Below, one piece after another: positions 63,552 to 64,000 of a DNA stretch of 64,000 nucleotides (position 1 is the stretch's first letter; each line of letters starts with the position of its first letter). Under the pieces are notes generated by a model. That model saw only the letters and a list, made by a program, of their open reading frames with translations. It had not been told where the DNA came from and did not search any database. Origin of the DNA: a virus; IMG/VR virus record IMGVR_UViG_3300036828_000247, positions 3,961-67,960 of that record; one strand, 5' to 3'. Both the position numbers and the translations under genes were made by a program.

Positions 63552-64000
63552 CAGTTCCGCCACCCAATCGCATCCTGGACGTTGCCGCCTTCATCATAGA
63601 CGGCAATCCGGAGCTGGTTAATAATCTCCTTCATGATCTTGCCATCGCCGTACCCCTGCGCCAGCCCGATCGTCATGTGGAGCTTCCGGGGGCCTCCTCC
63701 ACCAGCCATCATCGTAGCGCTATCGGCCGCCGAGTAGACGTGGCTGGACGGGGGCACCCTGATTAGCTCCCGGCCGTGCTCTCCGACACCGATCAGGCCA
63801 CTGGCCGGCCCGCCAGCGCCGTACCAGTTGTTAGCAACCTCGTGCGCCCACGCGGCCGACGGCGAACCGTACCGCTGGCGAATGTAGTTGAGGCCCCAGA
63901 TAATCTGGTTCTTGTAGTCCCCGAGCGCATATGGATGACCATGTCCAAGGCTCTGCGGGATGCCGTATGCGCCCGAGCTTGGGTTCACCGCGTTGGCGTT
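63551..64000 (-). CDS. Tape measure protein C-terminus with lytic transglycosylase motif (partial)
   Basis: NAVNPSSGAYGIPQ...QIIWGLNYIRQRYGSP...NWY; VGEHGREL. Confidence 0.8.
   Translation of the reverse strand, partial: NANAVNPSSGAYGIPQSLGHGHPYALGDYKNQIIWGLNYIRQRYGSPSAAWAHEVANNWYGAGGPASGLIGVGEHGRELIRVPPSSHVYSAADSATMMAGGGGPRKLHMTIGLAQGYGDGKIMKEIINQLRIAVYDEGGNVQDAIGWRN

Overview
The window is most of the genome of a high-GC tailed actinobacteriophage (siphovirus-like; probably a filamentous actinomycete host), opened inside the tail module. The virion operon runs leftward on the minus strand at 1-17 kb (major tail, head-tail, a long block of Gly/Ala/Thr/Val-rich putative head-decoration genes, HK97 capsid, Clp protease, portal, terminase) and again at 58-64 kb (endolysin, minor tails, C-terminus of the tape measure). 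In between are: a non-coding AT-rich control region (18.2-19.5 kb); an array of promoter/RBS/terminator cassettes carrying tiny early genes (19.5-24 kb); primase-helicase and RuvC-like genes; accessory and secreted proteins; a Streptomyces-plasmid-like DUF2637 + FtsK/TraB module; SNF2 helicase; tRNA-Met; Cas4-like/AAA/SSB recombination genes; a putative DNA-modification cluster; a split DnaE; and secreted Rpf/LysM and NlpC/P60 proteins. No integrase or repressor was recognised. Best novel candidates: a ~600-nt highly structured promoter-driven ncRNA (33427-34025), a conjugation-like TraB module with clt-like repeats, a glycosylated-pyrimidine pathway, a synonymously recoded copy of the capsid N-arm peptide, several smaller structured RNAs and a secreted MYYK-repeat peptide. 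All calls come from reading the sequence by eye; no database search or folding program was run.
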